From Corallochytrium limacisporum Hawaii (lineage: Eukaryota; Protista; Pluriformea): a stretch of DNA of 64,000 nucleotides. The translations under genes were made by a program, and so were the position numbers. The stretch is taken from NCBI GenBank assembly GCA_002811645.1, contig PDIP01000073.1, positions 230,951 through 294,950 on the forward strand, given 5' to 3'. A model generated the notes under the pieces. The model made no database searches, was not told where the DNA came from, and saw nothing but the letters and a program-made list of their open reading frames with translations. Below are positions 46,392 through 57,944 of this stretch, in pieces (positions within the stretch are counted from its first letter, which is position 1; the number at the start of each line of letters is the position of its first letter).

Positions 46392-47813
46392 ATGCCTACC
46401 TCAGGAGCACCTAACGTGGTTACCTCCGAGGATCCCACCTTGGAGCGTACGTTTCGGGGTCACCGGGACACAATCAATGCCGTTGACTTCAACCCCAATA
46501 TGAAGCAGGCTGCATCCGCGTCCATGGACGGCAGTGTCATGGTCTGGAACTTTAAACCACAGATGCGTGCCTTCCGCTTTCAAGGACACAAAGACGGGGT
46601 ATATGCGCTGAAGTTCAGTCCGAACGGCGGACTGATCCTCACGGGTTCACGTGACTGTACTGCACGTCTGTGGATCCCCGGTGTCAAGGGAGAATCTATC
46701 GTTTTCAAAGCGCACACTGGTTCTGTGCGTGCGGTAGACTTCAGTTCCACGGGCCGCTTCTTCCTCACAGCCAGTGATGACAAAACTGTCAAGGTCTGGT
46801 CTACGAATCGCCAGCGCTTCCAGTACTCTCTCAGCGGCCACATCAACTGGGTCCGCAGTGCCAAGTTTGCTCCGGACGACCGCATGATCGTCTCCGGTGG
46901 TGATGATAAGACCGTAAAACTGTGGGACACGGGCAGCCACAAGTGTCTACACACCTTTCACGACCATTCTGCCCTGGTCACCACCGTCGCGTTTCACCCG
47001 GATGGCACGTGTGTCGCGGCAGCGAGTGCGGACCAGAGCATTAAGGTCTGGGATCTTCGCGTGAATCGACTCTTGCAACACTATCAGGCACACAAGGACG
47101 CCGTCACCGACATCTCCTTCCACCCCACTGGTAACTATCTGCTTTCCAGTTCGAATGACACAACTTTGAAGATCTGGGACCTGCAGGAAGGGCACCTCTT
47201 CTACACGCTGCACGGCCACAAGGCACCGTCAACAGCTGTTGCCTTCTCTCCGGACGGCGAATACTTTGCTAGCGGCGGTGCTGACAACCAGGTCATGATC
47301 TGGAAGACCAACTTTGACACATCACCAGTCTACGAAGACGGTCTAGTGCCGGGGGCGGCGGCCAGAGCCCATCCCGGGGCCTCAGCGGCTGCTTACGCCG
47401 CCGCATCCGTGGCGACAACGCCCGGCCCCAAAGCCGCCACCCGCAAAGCACCTGCATCGAAGCGAGGCCCCGCACCCTCTGCTGCCGCCGCTTCCTCTGC
47501 TGCACACAACGTCAGCGCCAGCAGCGCAGTCCCCAACACAATGTCCCGGGATCCGGAGGTTGTTGATGTGGGACCGGCCATCTTCAACCCGAACAGTGCC
47601 TCAGCTGCAGCTCACGTCGGTGAGGAACCCATCACAACTCCGCTGGAGACCCGGAGCATGCCCCAGGACATTGCTGATGCTCTTATGCACATCTACGGCC
47701 AGCTGGATGTACTCACGCAGACGGTAAGCATCTTAGAGGAACGCCTCACTATGGCGGAGGATAAGGTCAGCGAAGCGCTTAGCGGAGTGTATGGCTCACA
47801 GCGACCCGCCTGA
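46392..47813 (+). CDS. POC1: POC1 centriolar WD40 protein
   Basis: EDPTLER.FRGH start, seven WD40 repeats, and a C-terminal Poc1 coiled coil [24 protein letters not shown]. Confidence 0.96.
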   Translation: MPTSGAPNVVTSEDPTLERTFRGHRDTINAVDFNPNMKQAASASMDGSVMVWNFKPQMRAFRFQGHKDGVYALKFSPNGGLILTGSRDCTARLWIPGVKGESIVFKAHTGSVRAVDFSSTGRFFLTASDDKTVKVWSTNRQRFQYSLSGHINWVRSAKFAPDDRMIVSGGDDKTVKLWDTGSHKCLHTFHDHSALVTTVAFHPDGTCVAAASADQSIKVWDLRVNRLLQHYQAHKDAVTDISFHPTGNYLLSSSNDTTLKIWDLQEGHLFYTLHGHKAPSTAVAFSPDGEYFASGGADNQVMIWKTNFDTSPVYEDGLVPGAAARAHPGASAAAYAAASVATTPGPKAATRKAPASKRGPAPSAAAASSAAHNVSASSAVPNTMSRDPEVVDVGPAIFNPNSASAAAHVGEEPITTPLETRSMPQDIADALMHIYGQLDVLTQTVSILEERLTMAEDKVSEALSGVYGSQRPA

Positions 47814-47975
47814 GAAAAGGGTGAGAGTCTAGAGTACACCTAATCACATAAGACATAGAATACCATTTCATAAAAGAAAAGCATGGCAATTTTGCGACTT
47901 CTGATCTACACTTCTGTTTTTAATATTTACTATGTGTGTTTACTTTCCGGTGCTTTCTAATGTACGCCCGGAAAC

Positions 47976-48332
47976 TCAAGGCCATTTCCACTGGTTGTGA
48001 GGAGGGTCCTGCTCCAAAGGTTCCCACACCTTTTGCTCTTTCATCTTGGCAATGAGGTCCAGTTCACATTCAGCCTGCTTGATTAGTTCCTCTGCGAACC
48101 CACAACCAATAGTAGCCTCGAAAGCCTCTGTGTTCTCATCCTTCTGCACACTGTTCAGGCGGAACTGAGTCGTTCGCTCCGTGTACTTGCGATACTGGGA
48201 TTCCTTTGGCAATTCAGCCAATGCATGCAAAGTCTTTTGGTAAAGATTTAATAATATGGGCCGGGCGTTTGTGATAGTTTGGTAACCAGCCATAGGCAGA
48301 TCTTTGCCCACACGTTTCATTCCCGAGTTCAT
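47976..48332 (-). CDS. NDUFA5: NADH dehydrogenase 1 alpha subcomplex subunit 5
   Basis: LY.K.L..L...P....YRKYTE, EELI.QAE.EL.L..KM...KVWEPL...PP.NQWKWP. Confidence 0.96.
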   Translation of the reverse strand: MNSGMKRVGKDLPMAGYQTITNARPILLNLYQKTLHALAELPKESQYRKYTERTTQFRLNSVQKDENTEAFEATIGCGFAEELIKQAECELDLIAKMKEQKVWEPLEQDPPHNQWKWP

Positions 48333-48839
48333 TGTGAACGGCTCCGAAGAAAGAAATCCTTATAAACAACCCTTAGAATCTGTCACCTCGTCGTTACAAC
48401 GCTTTTTGATCACATGCCTATTGTTACTTCCTAAGTACCTACAGTGTATACTACTGCTCAGCAACCATACCGTATTGCCAGCTATCTACGCGCAGAACCA
48501 CGGCTCCACTCGGGCCCAGGCCTTCAGTTCCAGGGAGTGATTGCACCTGAACCGACCGCGCAGACTGCACACACGTCCCCAGAGCACATTTCCGGTGTGT
48601 TTCCCATATAACCACAGTACCCCCAGTGCCCCCAGTACCAGCCACTCGGTGCTAGCCTCCACCACTTCTGGTTTTCTTCGTCGCCTTGTTTTGTTTGGCA
48701 TTGTGATTTTTTTACTGATTCAAGTCTTCAGATATATTTGTATATGATTAGTAATCTAGACAGTCCAGCCACGGATACTCCCAAATTTAGGCCCCGTCCA
48801 CACGAGCTATATTTTGGAATCAGGAAAATCAAATATTAA

Positions 48840-49352
48840 ACGGTTGCCCTCGACGAAAGCCGTTCGGACCCGCTCGACAGCAAGGTTTGGATCGTGAAAC
48901 CTATCGCAGTATGTGACAAGGAATCATCGACTTCATTCTGTTTACTGATATGGCCCGCCAGGCTGAGCTCATGAAGCTTTTGAACAAGGCTGTGGAGACC
49001 GGCAATATGGCCGCATGATTGTGTGTGAGTTGGTCGTGAAGTGTGCCGACATTGGAAGCACATCCCGCCAACGTTGCTGACAAATGGGCTGATGGCTTGC
49101 TCGAAGAAGTTTTTCGCAGAGCGACCACGAAACGGCCATGGGTCTCCCAGTTGCACCCTTCATGGATCGCGACAGGGTAACGAAAGCAGGCGCAGATGGG
49201 CTTCATCTCCCTTTGTTTTGCTGCCCATGTTTGAGTCAGCCAGCAAGCTGTTCCCAGCACTGGATGAGCCTATTACGGGGCCGATCCGCAGAGCCCTATC
49301 TTACTATTCCGCTGGGAAAGAACAGGAGGCCCAGAAGTACGCCACGAATTAG
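48840..49352 (+). pseudogene. PDE9A: Degraded fragment of a class I cyclic-nucleotide phosphodiesterase (PDE9-like), C-terminal half of the catalytic domain
   Basis: Stitching + frames gives YRSM*QGIIDFILFTDMARQAELM / LVVKCADIG / [12 protein letters not shown] / [26 protein letters not shown] / QMGFIS / [15 protein letters not shown], in the order of PDE9 motifs. There is an in-frame TGA at 48914-48916 and about five frameshifts. Confidence 0.9.
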
Positions 49353-49777
49353 GCAAAGATGCCGGTGAGGTCGAAGGGGCATAGGATGCGATTCGATGGA
49401 TGAGAAATTGATCATCACCGGGGGAATCATATTATTCATCACCATCATCGTCAAACCCAACATATCACCATCTTCGGAGATGCTATAGAAGATCCACAAG
49501 ATCATAGTTAGTTACTTTGCAGCTGATATGATGCTACGCACCCGCAGGACGATCAGACGCCCGTGGACACGCGATCGTATCCCTCCTCCGGTTGGTGATA
49601 ATCGAATATGGGAACCCCCCTCCCCAAACCGTTCCCTTGTTCGCCGACCCCCCCTTCACAGTCAACAGCCCAGAGCGTCTCGATGGAATCTGCCTCTGCA
49701 CAGTGACCTTTGTGACGTCTTTTCCACCAATCTCTGCCTTACTACTCCCATGCTGAGGCGTAGATGTGTGGAAAAAG

Positions 49778-49828
49778 GTATGAAGAGCGAAGGCGGTGAA
49801 ATCAATACGGACCTGTTATTGCTCTCAG
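49778..49828 (+). other. Candidate 5'-UTR intron of the PHOSPHO gene (51 nt)
   Basis: AAG|GTATGA...TTATTGCTCTCAG. Confidence 0.6.
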
Positions 49829-49892
49829 CGACACTCATAGATATAAACGACTACTCAATCCAGAATAACGATGACGTAGCCCTCAGTTGCGC

Positions 49893-50720
49893 ATGGGGTA
49901 TCTTTTCCAATTCATATCTCGATTACATTGTCGTCTTGTGAGCTCGAAGGTCATGACGGTTAAAAAGACTCTGGTCGCGTTCGACTATGACCATACGATG
50001 GTCAAGGACAACACAGACACATTTGTGATCAAAGACCTCACCCCCGGATTCTGGTCCCAAGACTTCAGAAAGGAGGCAGAGAAAATGAGGAATGCAGGCC
50101 AGGGCTGGACAGAAATGATGGACATGGCCATGCTTCATATGCAACAGCGACATGGTATCTCCAAAGAGGACTTCGCCAAATCGCTCGGACGAGTGGGCTT
50201 CGACAAGGAAATGATTGAAGCACTGCAGGTTATCCAGAGCGCCCCGAACCGCGACACAGAGATCCACATTGTTAGTGATGCCAATGATTTCTATATCGAG
50301 CAGTCTGCACGGGCACATGGTTTCTGGCATTTTATCCACGCCATCCACACGAATCCGACCTACGACAGAGACGGGTTGATGCGGGTTAAACCGTACCAGC
50401 CGTACGACAAACCCCACGGGTGCGACCGGTGCAATGCGAACATGTGCAAAGGGCTCATTATGCAGGATAAGTTACAGTTTGAAGATTATGACCATACAAT
50501 TTACATTGGAGACGGGCGGAATGATTTATGTCCCATCCTGCGTCTGAGGTCGAGTGATCATGCGTTCGTACGGGAAGGATTTGCGTTGGAGCGCATCCTC
50601 AAGGGCACAACCGGGAATGCGGAAAATGATGCGGATCCGCCTAAACCGCAAGCCCAGGTGCATTACTGGGCCAATGAGCGCAAGCTGAGGGAGCTGTTTG
50701 AGTGGGTCATGCTGGAATAA
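49893..50720 (+). CDS. PHOSPHO2: HAD phosphatase, PHOSPHO1/PHOSPHO2 (pyridoxal-phosphate/phosphocholine phosphatase) family
   Basis: FDYDHT motif I, IVSDAN, IHTNP, PHGC..C..NMCKG and YIGDG.ND.CP. In-frame ATGs at 49893 and 49953. Confidence 0.92.
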   Translation: MGYLFQFISRLHCRLVSSKVMTVKKTLVAFDYDHTMVKDNTDTFVIKDLTPGFWSQDFRKEAEKMRNAGQGWTEMMDMAMLHMQQRHGISKEDFAKSLGRVGFDKEMIEALQVIQSAPNRDTEIHIVSDANDFYIEQSARAHGFWHFIHAIHTNPTYDRDGLMRVKPYQPYDKPHGCDRCNANMCKGLIMQDKLQFEDYDHTIYIGDGRNDLCPILRLRSSDHAFVREGFALERILKGTTGNAENDADPPKPQAQVHYWANERKLRELFEWVMLE

Positions 50721-53700
50721 GCAGAGATGTGTGAATCTATTGGACGCACCCGCAACCGTCGCTACCGGCCAGGATCACTCCCTATAGAAGGGCAGAGTAG
50801 CGAATCGGTGCGGGGGATGGAAATCTGTGCTTATTTTTTCAATAGTAATATATGTGATTGATTGTGATTAAACGTTGCGAATTATGTGCATCTGAAAACA
50901 TGTACGATGGTCCGTAATCGATGGAATCAACCTACAGCCGGAGAAACGGTTTGGGAAGGATAGCGTTAAATTGTGTCCATCGTACTCCTACACAAGGGGA
51001 TCACGGGCGAAAACCCGTCTGCGGGTGATTTCTGGACCTCACCGCTGACATTCCAATGTCATTCCCACTCGTTGCTCAGGGCATCCCTCCATCATCTTGT
51101 TCTCAACTGACGGTTGAACGTCTGTAGCTGCTGGCTTCCATTGGTATCTCCCCGCCAACTTCTGGGCCAAAGACAAGTCGAAGTCTTTGTCGCGCCTTCA
51201 ATGGGCCCGCTTTGTCGTCACCGTACTACGAAGACAGCCAAAACTCCCCGCGCACGCATAGCTCCCTGTGTATCCCCGCAGAGCTCGGTGCTTCTGATAT
51301 TCCCGATGAGCATTGAAGCCGCAATCAAAATACAACCAACACACGCGGTCAGCCGTTCACACGACATCATGTTTGCGATCACGAAGAATAGCTTGTATGT
51401 GTGGTGTGGCAAATGCATCAGCACTGCACCAAACAATGGGCATGCAGCACGATCGGGAGTTCAATGGTACTCACGCCCTTGCTCCCCTAAAATGTACACT
51501 TCACATCCCCAGACTCTCCCCAATGATAACACCTTCACGATCGAACGACCAGCCTTAGCCATCTTGCATGCCATGCAGAGTAGACAGTCTCTTCTCCATG
51601 GACTCGCGAAGGGAAGGATAGAATGTCGTGACCCCCGTCACACCGTCCGCGCGGATGCGGGACGGGCTCTCTGGCCCACACTCCCCTCTCTCCCCGGCCC
51701 CCCCCCCCCCCCGGGGGGGGGGAGGGCCGGGTCACCCTCGGAGCCCGACGGGCACACACACTCGCGACTGTGTAAAAACACAGAGAAGTCCAACCCGGCT
51801 TTCTTCGGACCGGTCGTTGTTCTGCTTCCCGGACCGTTAACTCCTTTTGGGCAACAACAGAATCGGGGCCCACAAAACCACGGAATTCTTATACTGAAAG
51901 TACGTAAAGTTTTCCTGTTCGACAGATCCACGGAATTTTTATACTCAACGTTGGTTTCATTGTTGCTGGGGTTCAGGATTGGCCACAGGACCAGAGCGTG
52001 TGTAGGCAGGAGAACGTGGAACAATGGTATGTTGAGTATGGCTGATCGGCCCGTGCAAGACTGTGTGGTGTGCATAGGTCAAAGTTACCGGACGAAGACC
52101 CTACCGAGGGGTGTGTGTGTGGACACACAAAGGTCTAAACCAGCACTAGAAAATAGTCCTGCCCGAACCACTGCGGCACTGCCACCAATCCGGGAATGCC
52201 GCCAACTGTGTTTTCTTTTCTTTTTTCCTTTTGGTTTTGTCTGTTTTGTTGCCTTGCCAATGTTTTCACTTTCAATGTAATTACACTGCCGCACTGCCCC
52301 GACTGTGGAAAAAAATAACAACTTACCCTCAAGGTTATGTAGCACCACTCTTGTCATCCGCATGTCTTTCCTTCGTGAAAGTTTGTGATCACCGGGCGGT
52401 GTTTGGGTGAGGGGCCAAGTGAGCAGGTCTCTCTACTCTCTCGGGACTGCGAAAAGGCTGGGCAGTTGTGGGTTTGGAAATGGACATGCGCGCGGAGTTT
52501 GTCTTCCCCAGTTGGTGTCGATGGCTATACGATTTCTATGGTATTTATTTTCAACCAGAGACAGATAAAGAACGTACAGTCCCCACCAAAACAAATTGAA
52601 ACCACTTCCGTCCCTACTCGATCAGGAGATGGCAAGCAAAGGGGGAGCCCGATACAAACACCACGGCACAGTGAGGAAGACGAAGCCGGGAGCCCCTGTT
52701 TTCGCCTTTTGGTCTGTAGGAGTGGAGAGTTCCATTTTTGTATTGGATGTTTCTCTGTTTTTCTTTCTCTTTTTTTTTATCTTGGTGGCCGGCAGCCTTT
52801 TGTGCCTCTCCCGATGAGAAGGAGAGGGGGGGGGTTATGATGCAAAGCTCCCGTAGTGGAATATCTTAGGAAGGGTCCAGCCCAGTTAATACGTTCTCGG
52901 ACAAGCAACAACCGGGCATGTGTAGCAGGGAGGGTAAAGGGGGAGGAGACGCACGGGCTTGAGTGAGAAAAAGAGGGAGGGGGAGGGTGGGGGGGGGGAA
53001 CGGGCAGTGGAATTTTTTTCCTTCCTTTCTCAGCAGCAGGCGAGGTTCTAAGGAATTTGTAAGCGGGGATGGTCAAGAAGCAGAGGTGCCATAGGCCCCA
53101 ACGATTGTTAACTAGAGGTATCCGCACATTAATAGTGCCAATATACTACACTCTATAATCAGAAAGTTGAGGATCAATCCAACTAAACAGACATACCGTC
53201 GGTATCTCTATTTTCAGTTGGTCGACGGCAATTTGCAGAGTCACTAACGGGACACGTAGGCCGTGCCCAACCCGTCGGTGTGTCCTCCCTCCGCCTCCGC
53301 CTCCCCCTCTCTCCCCCTTCGCTCTCTGTTTCCTTACGTGTTTCCTCGATTGATATAAAAAAATGATTTCAGTGTGAAAGATAGGCAGACAACAAACTGA
53401 TTAAGCGGCGGGCAGGTACGACGGGCGGCGATGTGGCGCACCGGTTGAGGAAATTTTCTTGTGGGTATCTCTTTCTTTTTTGGTTCCCTTCGTACTCATT
53501 GTTGCGGAGTGAGTGGGTGAGTGAGTGAGAGTGTGTCTTGCTGCCAAGACGGAGGGGGGGCAATATGAGACCCGTGTGTCCGCTTTGTCTTCATTTTTTG
53601 GTAGTGACGGAACGGTGAAATCTGGGGAGTCCAATAATGTGATCCATTTCTTGCCTGCATTCGGTGGTTGGGTGGGTCTCCGTCATCAAAGATCGTTCTC

Positions 53701-55433
53701 CCGCAGCAGCCGTGCTCATCGAGGCGGTGATCTGGGTACGGCGTGTGGTGGATCGACAGATTGTTCACATCTGCACACGCATGTCAGCATATTTAGTATT
53801 TATTTGAGGACTTTGGGTTAAGCCCAGACCTATCATGAATCAACATTGGATAGACCGGTGGGTCATGCAACATCCAAAGTTTCTCAACGGCAGGAACAGT
53901 GAGCTGCAGGGGTGGATATGGAATCATATAATAAATATATGGAGAGAACGTTGTATTTTGCTACAGATTCATCAGAATTCTGACCTCCGGTCCAGACACT
54001 AGTCATACTTGCTCCAAAAGGCAGGTGAAGAAAAATAGTAGAATATGTCGAGATGCAAATATGATGATCATAAATTACATATAGTTTATATGGGAATACA
54101 AAACTGATGATATCTAGATATGTGGTGCTATAAGAATATTGTAACACCCTTTGATACGATGAATGCAGGCAGAGTTCAGGGTTTGAGCAAATGGCCCTAG
54201 CTCCTCCCCTTCCCCGCCAAATATTTCGAGTGAACCACGTGAAATTTTGGTTCATTTACAATGCATCATGGCTTCCCTGACCCTTCTCGTACGGACGTGG
54301 AACACGGGATGCCAGTCCCTTGAAACACCGGCATAGTCTAACGTTCGTCACTCACAGTCAGGTAAACCACCAAACCCTTTCGGATGTGTGTGTGTCTGTG
54401 TGTGTCCCTGCTGTGTCCTGTCTACTACACACACTTTTCATGCATTGGTTCCAAGATCATTGTTTATGGACCTGTCTCGCGGGCCCAAGGAACCCCCCCC
54501 CCCGGGGGGGGGACCGGTAGGGAGCGTGTCCTGCCTGTGCCTTCTGTCCCTCTCTTCCAGTGCGCGGCGGTGGTGTTCTTTCTCTCATGGTCCCCCCTCC
54601 CCCTTTTTCCCCGGGCGGGAAAGAGGGGGGGGGGGTGTTCGCTGAAGCGACGGAGGGCCCCTTAGCAGGGACCCAGACATACAATTCCGAGCCGCGCAGC
54701 TCTCCGCCCGGACAGATATTCCAGGGAATATTGTATTCGTGAAAATAGCGGTACATCCACTATAGCTGAAATCCCTGCCGGGTTTCTGCTCTCCGTCGTC
54801 GTAGGATTGGAGCCACACTTTTCTTTGTTGTCTTTTTTTTTCCCCTTCTTTCTAGTTTTTCTTGTGTTTCGCGGCTTTTTTTTGGGGCGGGGGAGGGCGG
54901 GGGGAAGGGTCCGGATTCCTTTGAGGCTGCCGCGTGTGCGTGTGCGTGTGCGTGTGTGTGTGTATTCGATCGGCACATTCGATCTTTTTTACCGAGCCGG
55001 TATTTCATTGTGTATGTGTGTGTTCCATCTCAATCTGTTGTATTTTTATTATCTCTTTCCCTGCTTCTTCTTTTTTTCGTTTTTTTGGTTATTCTTGTAT
55101 TTGTTTTTGTTTTGTTGTGTTGTGCGTAAAACCTTCCATTTTGGAAGATCGGAATACCGCGTACCCATGCCCTGCAAAAGCAAAAGATGCAGGTGCAAAC
55201 CCCGATAAAGAAAACAAAGAAAAAAGGGGGCGGCCGACCCCGGGGAAAAAGAAGAAAGGGAAACGAACAGAGACGTAAAGGTGAGGTTTTCATTTGCTAC
55301 TTTCTTACACACTTCCCGAACACCCGAAGAAGGCGGGCCAATTGACTGGAAACACCAGGCGAGGGGGGGGGCGGAACGGGCCACATATACGACCAATGGC
55401 CACCGTCACCCCGGCCCCCTTCCCTCTCCTCCC

Positions 55434-55492
55434 NNNNNNNNNNNNNNNNNNNNNNNNNNNNNNNNNNNNNNNNNNNNNNNNNNNNNNNNNNN
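55434..55492. other. Assembly gap
   Basis: N run flanked by C runs. Confidence 1.
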
Positions 55493-56385
55493 CCCCCCCC
55501 CCCCGGTCGTGGCATCCGTCCTTTCACTGCCCCTTCCCCAGGTTCCGTGCTCGCCCACTTTAATTCGTACGCTCTCTCCTCCAATTCTTTTATTTTTCAA
55601 TTCTTTTTTTTTTGTTTCCTTTTTTGCTGCACTCGCCCCTCCCCCTCTCTCCCGCTCTCCCGCTCTCCTCTTGCCTCCTGTGCTGTGTCTTGGCGTGGGT
55701 AGCAAGGTCACTTGGAATTCTCTCAGCCGCATTTTCTTATGAGTTTTCCTTTTTTTCTTTCTTTGCTTTCTGTTTTATATTCTCTGGCCCGGAAACTAGA
55801 GAAACACAAGCCCCCGAAAAAAGCCGAAAAGCCCCACAAGCCCGAAACGTTACGCATCCAAAATGGAAATATAAAGGGAGAAAAAGCCGAAAGAGTAAAG
55901 AATCAAACGGGTAGTCCGGTGACTTTTTGGGAGGAAGGCTTCGGAGAGGCACGGAGAATTAGAAAAAATAAAGGAGAGAGAGAGAGAGAACGGGGAAGAA
56001 AAGGGGGTGGGCGAGCCATATTCTTTCCTTTTTTTCTTTTCTGTTTCTTTCGTTTTCTTCCTTTTTGATGGTCCCTTGTTTTCTTTCTTTCTCTTTTTTT
56101 TTTGGGTCCTGCTTTCCTGCTTTGTTGGGCGGTGTGTGTGTGTGTGTTGTGTTGTGTTGGAAAGGAATGGGAGAGAGAGACCAGAGAGAGTGAAGGGGGG
56201 CCCCACGGCGGGGGTTGGGGGGGGGGTTTGCCCTCCTGCGCTTGGGTGGGTGTCCCTGAAGTAGTAAGTGACCTACTACTACTGGGTGGTGCCCCTGATG
56301 TTGGCTTCTGTAATGATGATGGGTCAGCATGATCGATTCTTCCCGGTACGTTCTTCGCCGTCGCGAAATTCGTTTTTGCACGAGT

Positions 56386-56472
56386 AGAGAGAGAGACACA
56401 GAGCGAGGGAGAGAGAGAGAGAAAGAGAGAGAAAGAGCGAGCGAGAAAGAAGGAGAGAGAGAGAGAGAGAGA
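56386..56472. repeat. GA-rich low-complexity tract
   Basis: Seen directly. Confidence 0.9.
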
Positions 56473-57011
56473 CAACAGGCGATATGCGGTTCTGTTTTTC
56501 TTGAGCGAACGAAAAATAAAAATAGTGACGACGAAGACGATCTTTTGGGTTTGATGTGTACTGGTGCTGCGGAAGAGCGAGAGACACAATCGAAAGCGGG
56601 CTGTTTGGTGCTACCTGTGCTTGCGTGTTCCTTCGGACTGGCCAGATTAGAACGCAGAAGAAAAACCAAGAGAAGAAGAATGTGACCCTGTAGCAAGTAG
56701 CCTGCTGCAGCAGCCAAGATAGGGGCTGCTACATCACTTTAAAAAAACACGGTCTGGCTTGTTCTCTCTCTGTATCGTGTTTCGTGCTCGATGGGTCCGA
56801 GAGCACAAAGGAACATCAAGACATTCACGGCCAAGAGTCAAGGTGGTCAAACATGGAGCTGTGGCCAGTCGTCTTCCTTGTTGTTGCAGAATCCCGTCGC
56901 CGAAGAGCTATTTAGAGGAAAACATATTTCCGTGTGACGCAGGAAACAACTGTAGTGGTAAAGAAACAACAACTGTAACTAGTTGTCGGACTGTTTAGAA
57001 ACAGACTCAAA

Positions 57012-57944
57012 ATGAGTAACAGGATCCCTGATAATCAGACTGCTCTGGCTCTCACGGCCGTTGCTGCTCTTATTCTTTTCGGTACTTCCGCCGATCTGTG
57101 CCGCACCGGTAATAACGACTGTGATGGTCGCTTGGCCTACGGTGTGGCGGCCGGTGTGATCGCCTTCGTTCTGGCTGGTGGTCTCTTGGCTGGCGGTCGG
57201 TATGCCCCCGATGTTGTCACCGACCAGGTTCACATGGCTGCCTCAGCTTTCCTGCTCTTCTGGGGTGCTTTGACTGCCGGTTTGCTGACCTCAATCGATG
57301 GCCCCTACCCCAACACCAACACCTCTGCCAACGGCTATTTCAGCACCTGGATCATGTTCTTCGCTTCGGTCATCTATGCGTTCAACAACATCAGTTATGT
57401 TCGTCAGGGTGCTTCCTTGGGTGCTGCCTACCTGAACAGTCTGGTGGGTGTGATTCTGGTGGCCTCTGTCATTTGCTTCTCCACAGCCGCAGACACCTGC
57501 AACCAAACCGGAGTCTCTTGTGACGATCGCCTGGCCTTTGGTGTCGCTGCTGGTGTCATTTCCACCGTCGTGTGCTTGGCTGTCCTCGGTATGGCTCGCG
57601 CCAACCCCGACATGGTCGCCAACTACGCTCTCTTCATCTCAGGTTTCCTGGCCATCTGGTGGGCCATCAGCGCCGGTGTCCTGACCTCGCCCGACGATGG
57701 TCCCTTCGCTTCACTGGGTAACGGTTACTTTGCCACCTGGATCGCTTTCTTCGCCTCCATCGGCTACCTGGCTCAGTCTGTGCTTGGTGACGATGCTCCT
57801 GTGACCATGCCTGGCGTGCAGGGCGGCGTTGGCGGTGGCAACACTGAGGGCTTCAGCGGTGCCAGCGCCCCCAAGGTCCCCGAGAACGGTGAGCCTCACG
57901 AGCGCTTCCACGACGAGGAGGAGGGCGAGGCTCCGGCTGCCTAA
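57012..57944 (+). CDS. Uncharacterised 8-TM membrane protein built from two 4-TM repeats
   Basis: 310-aa ORF with strong codon bias; the motif AD.C......CD.RLA[YF]GVAAGVI...W....AG.LTS..GP...NGYF.TWI.FFAS occurs twice. Confidence 0.9.
   Translation: MSNRIPDNQTALALTAVAALILFGTSADLCRTGNNDCDGRLAYGVAAGVIAFVLAGGLLAGGRYAPDVVTDQVHMAASAFLLFWGALTAGLLTSIDGPYPNTNTSANGYFSTWIMFFASVIYAFNNISYVRQGASLGAAYLNSLVGVILVASVICFSTAADTCNQTGVSCDDRLAFGVAAGVISTVVCLAVLGMARANPDMVANYALFISGFLAIWWAISAGVLTSPDDGPFASLGNGYFATWIAFFASIGYLAQSVLGDDAPVTMPGVQGGVGGGNTEGFSGASAPKVPENGEPHERFHDEEEGEAPAA

Noticed and set aside
51114-52280. 388-aa + strand ORF
   Set aside because: TTG start, runs through a C15G10 tract, non-protein-like composition and no codon bias.
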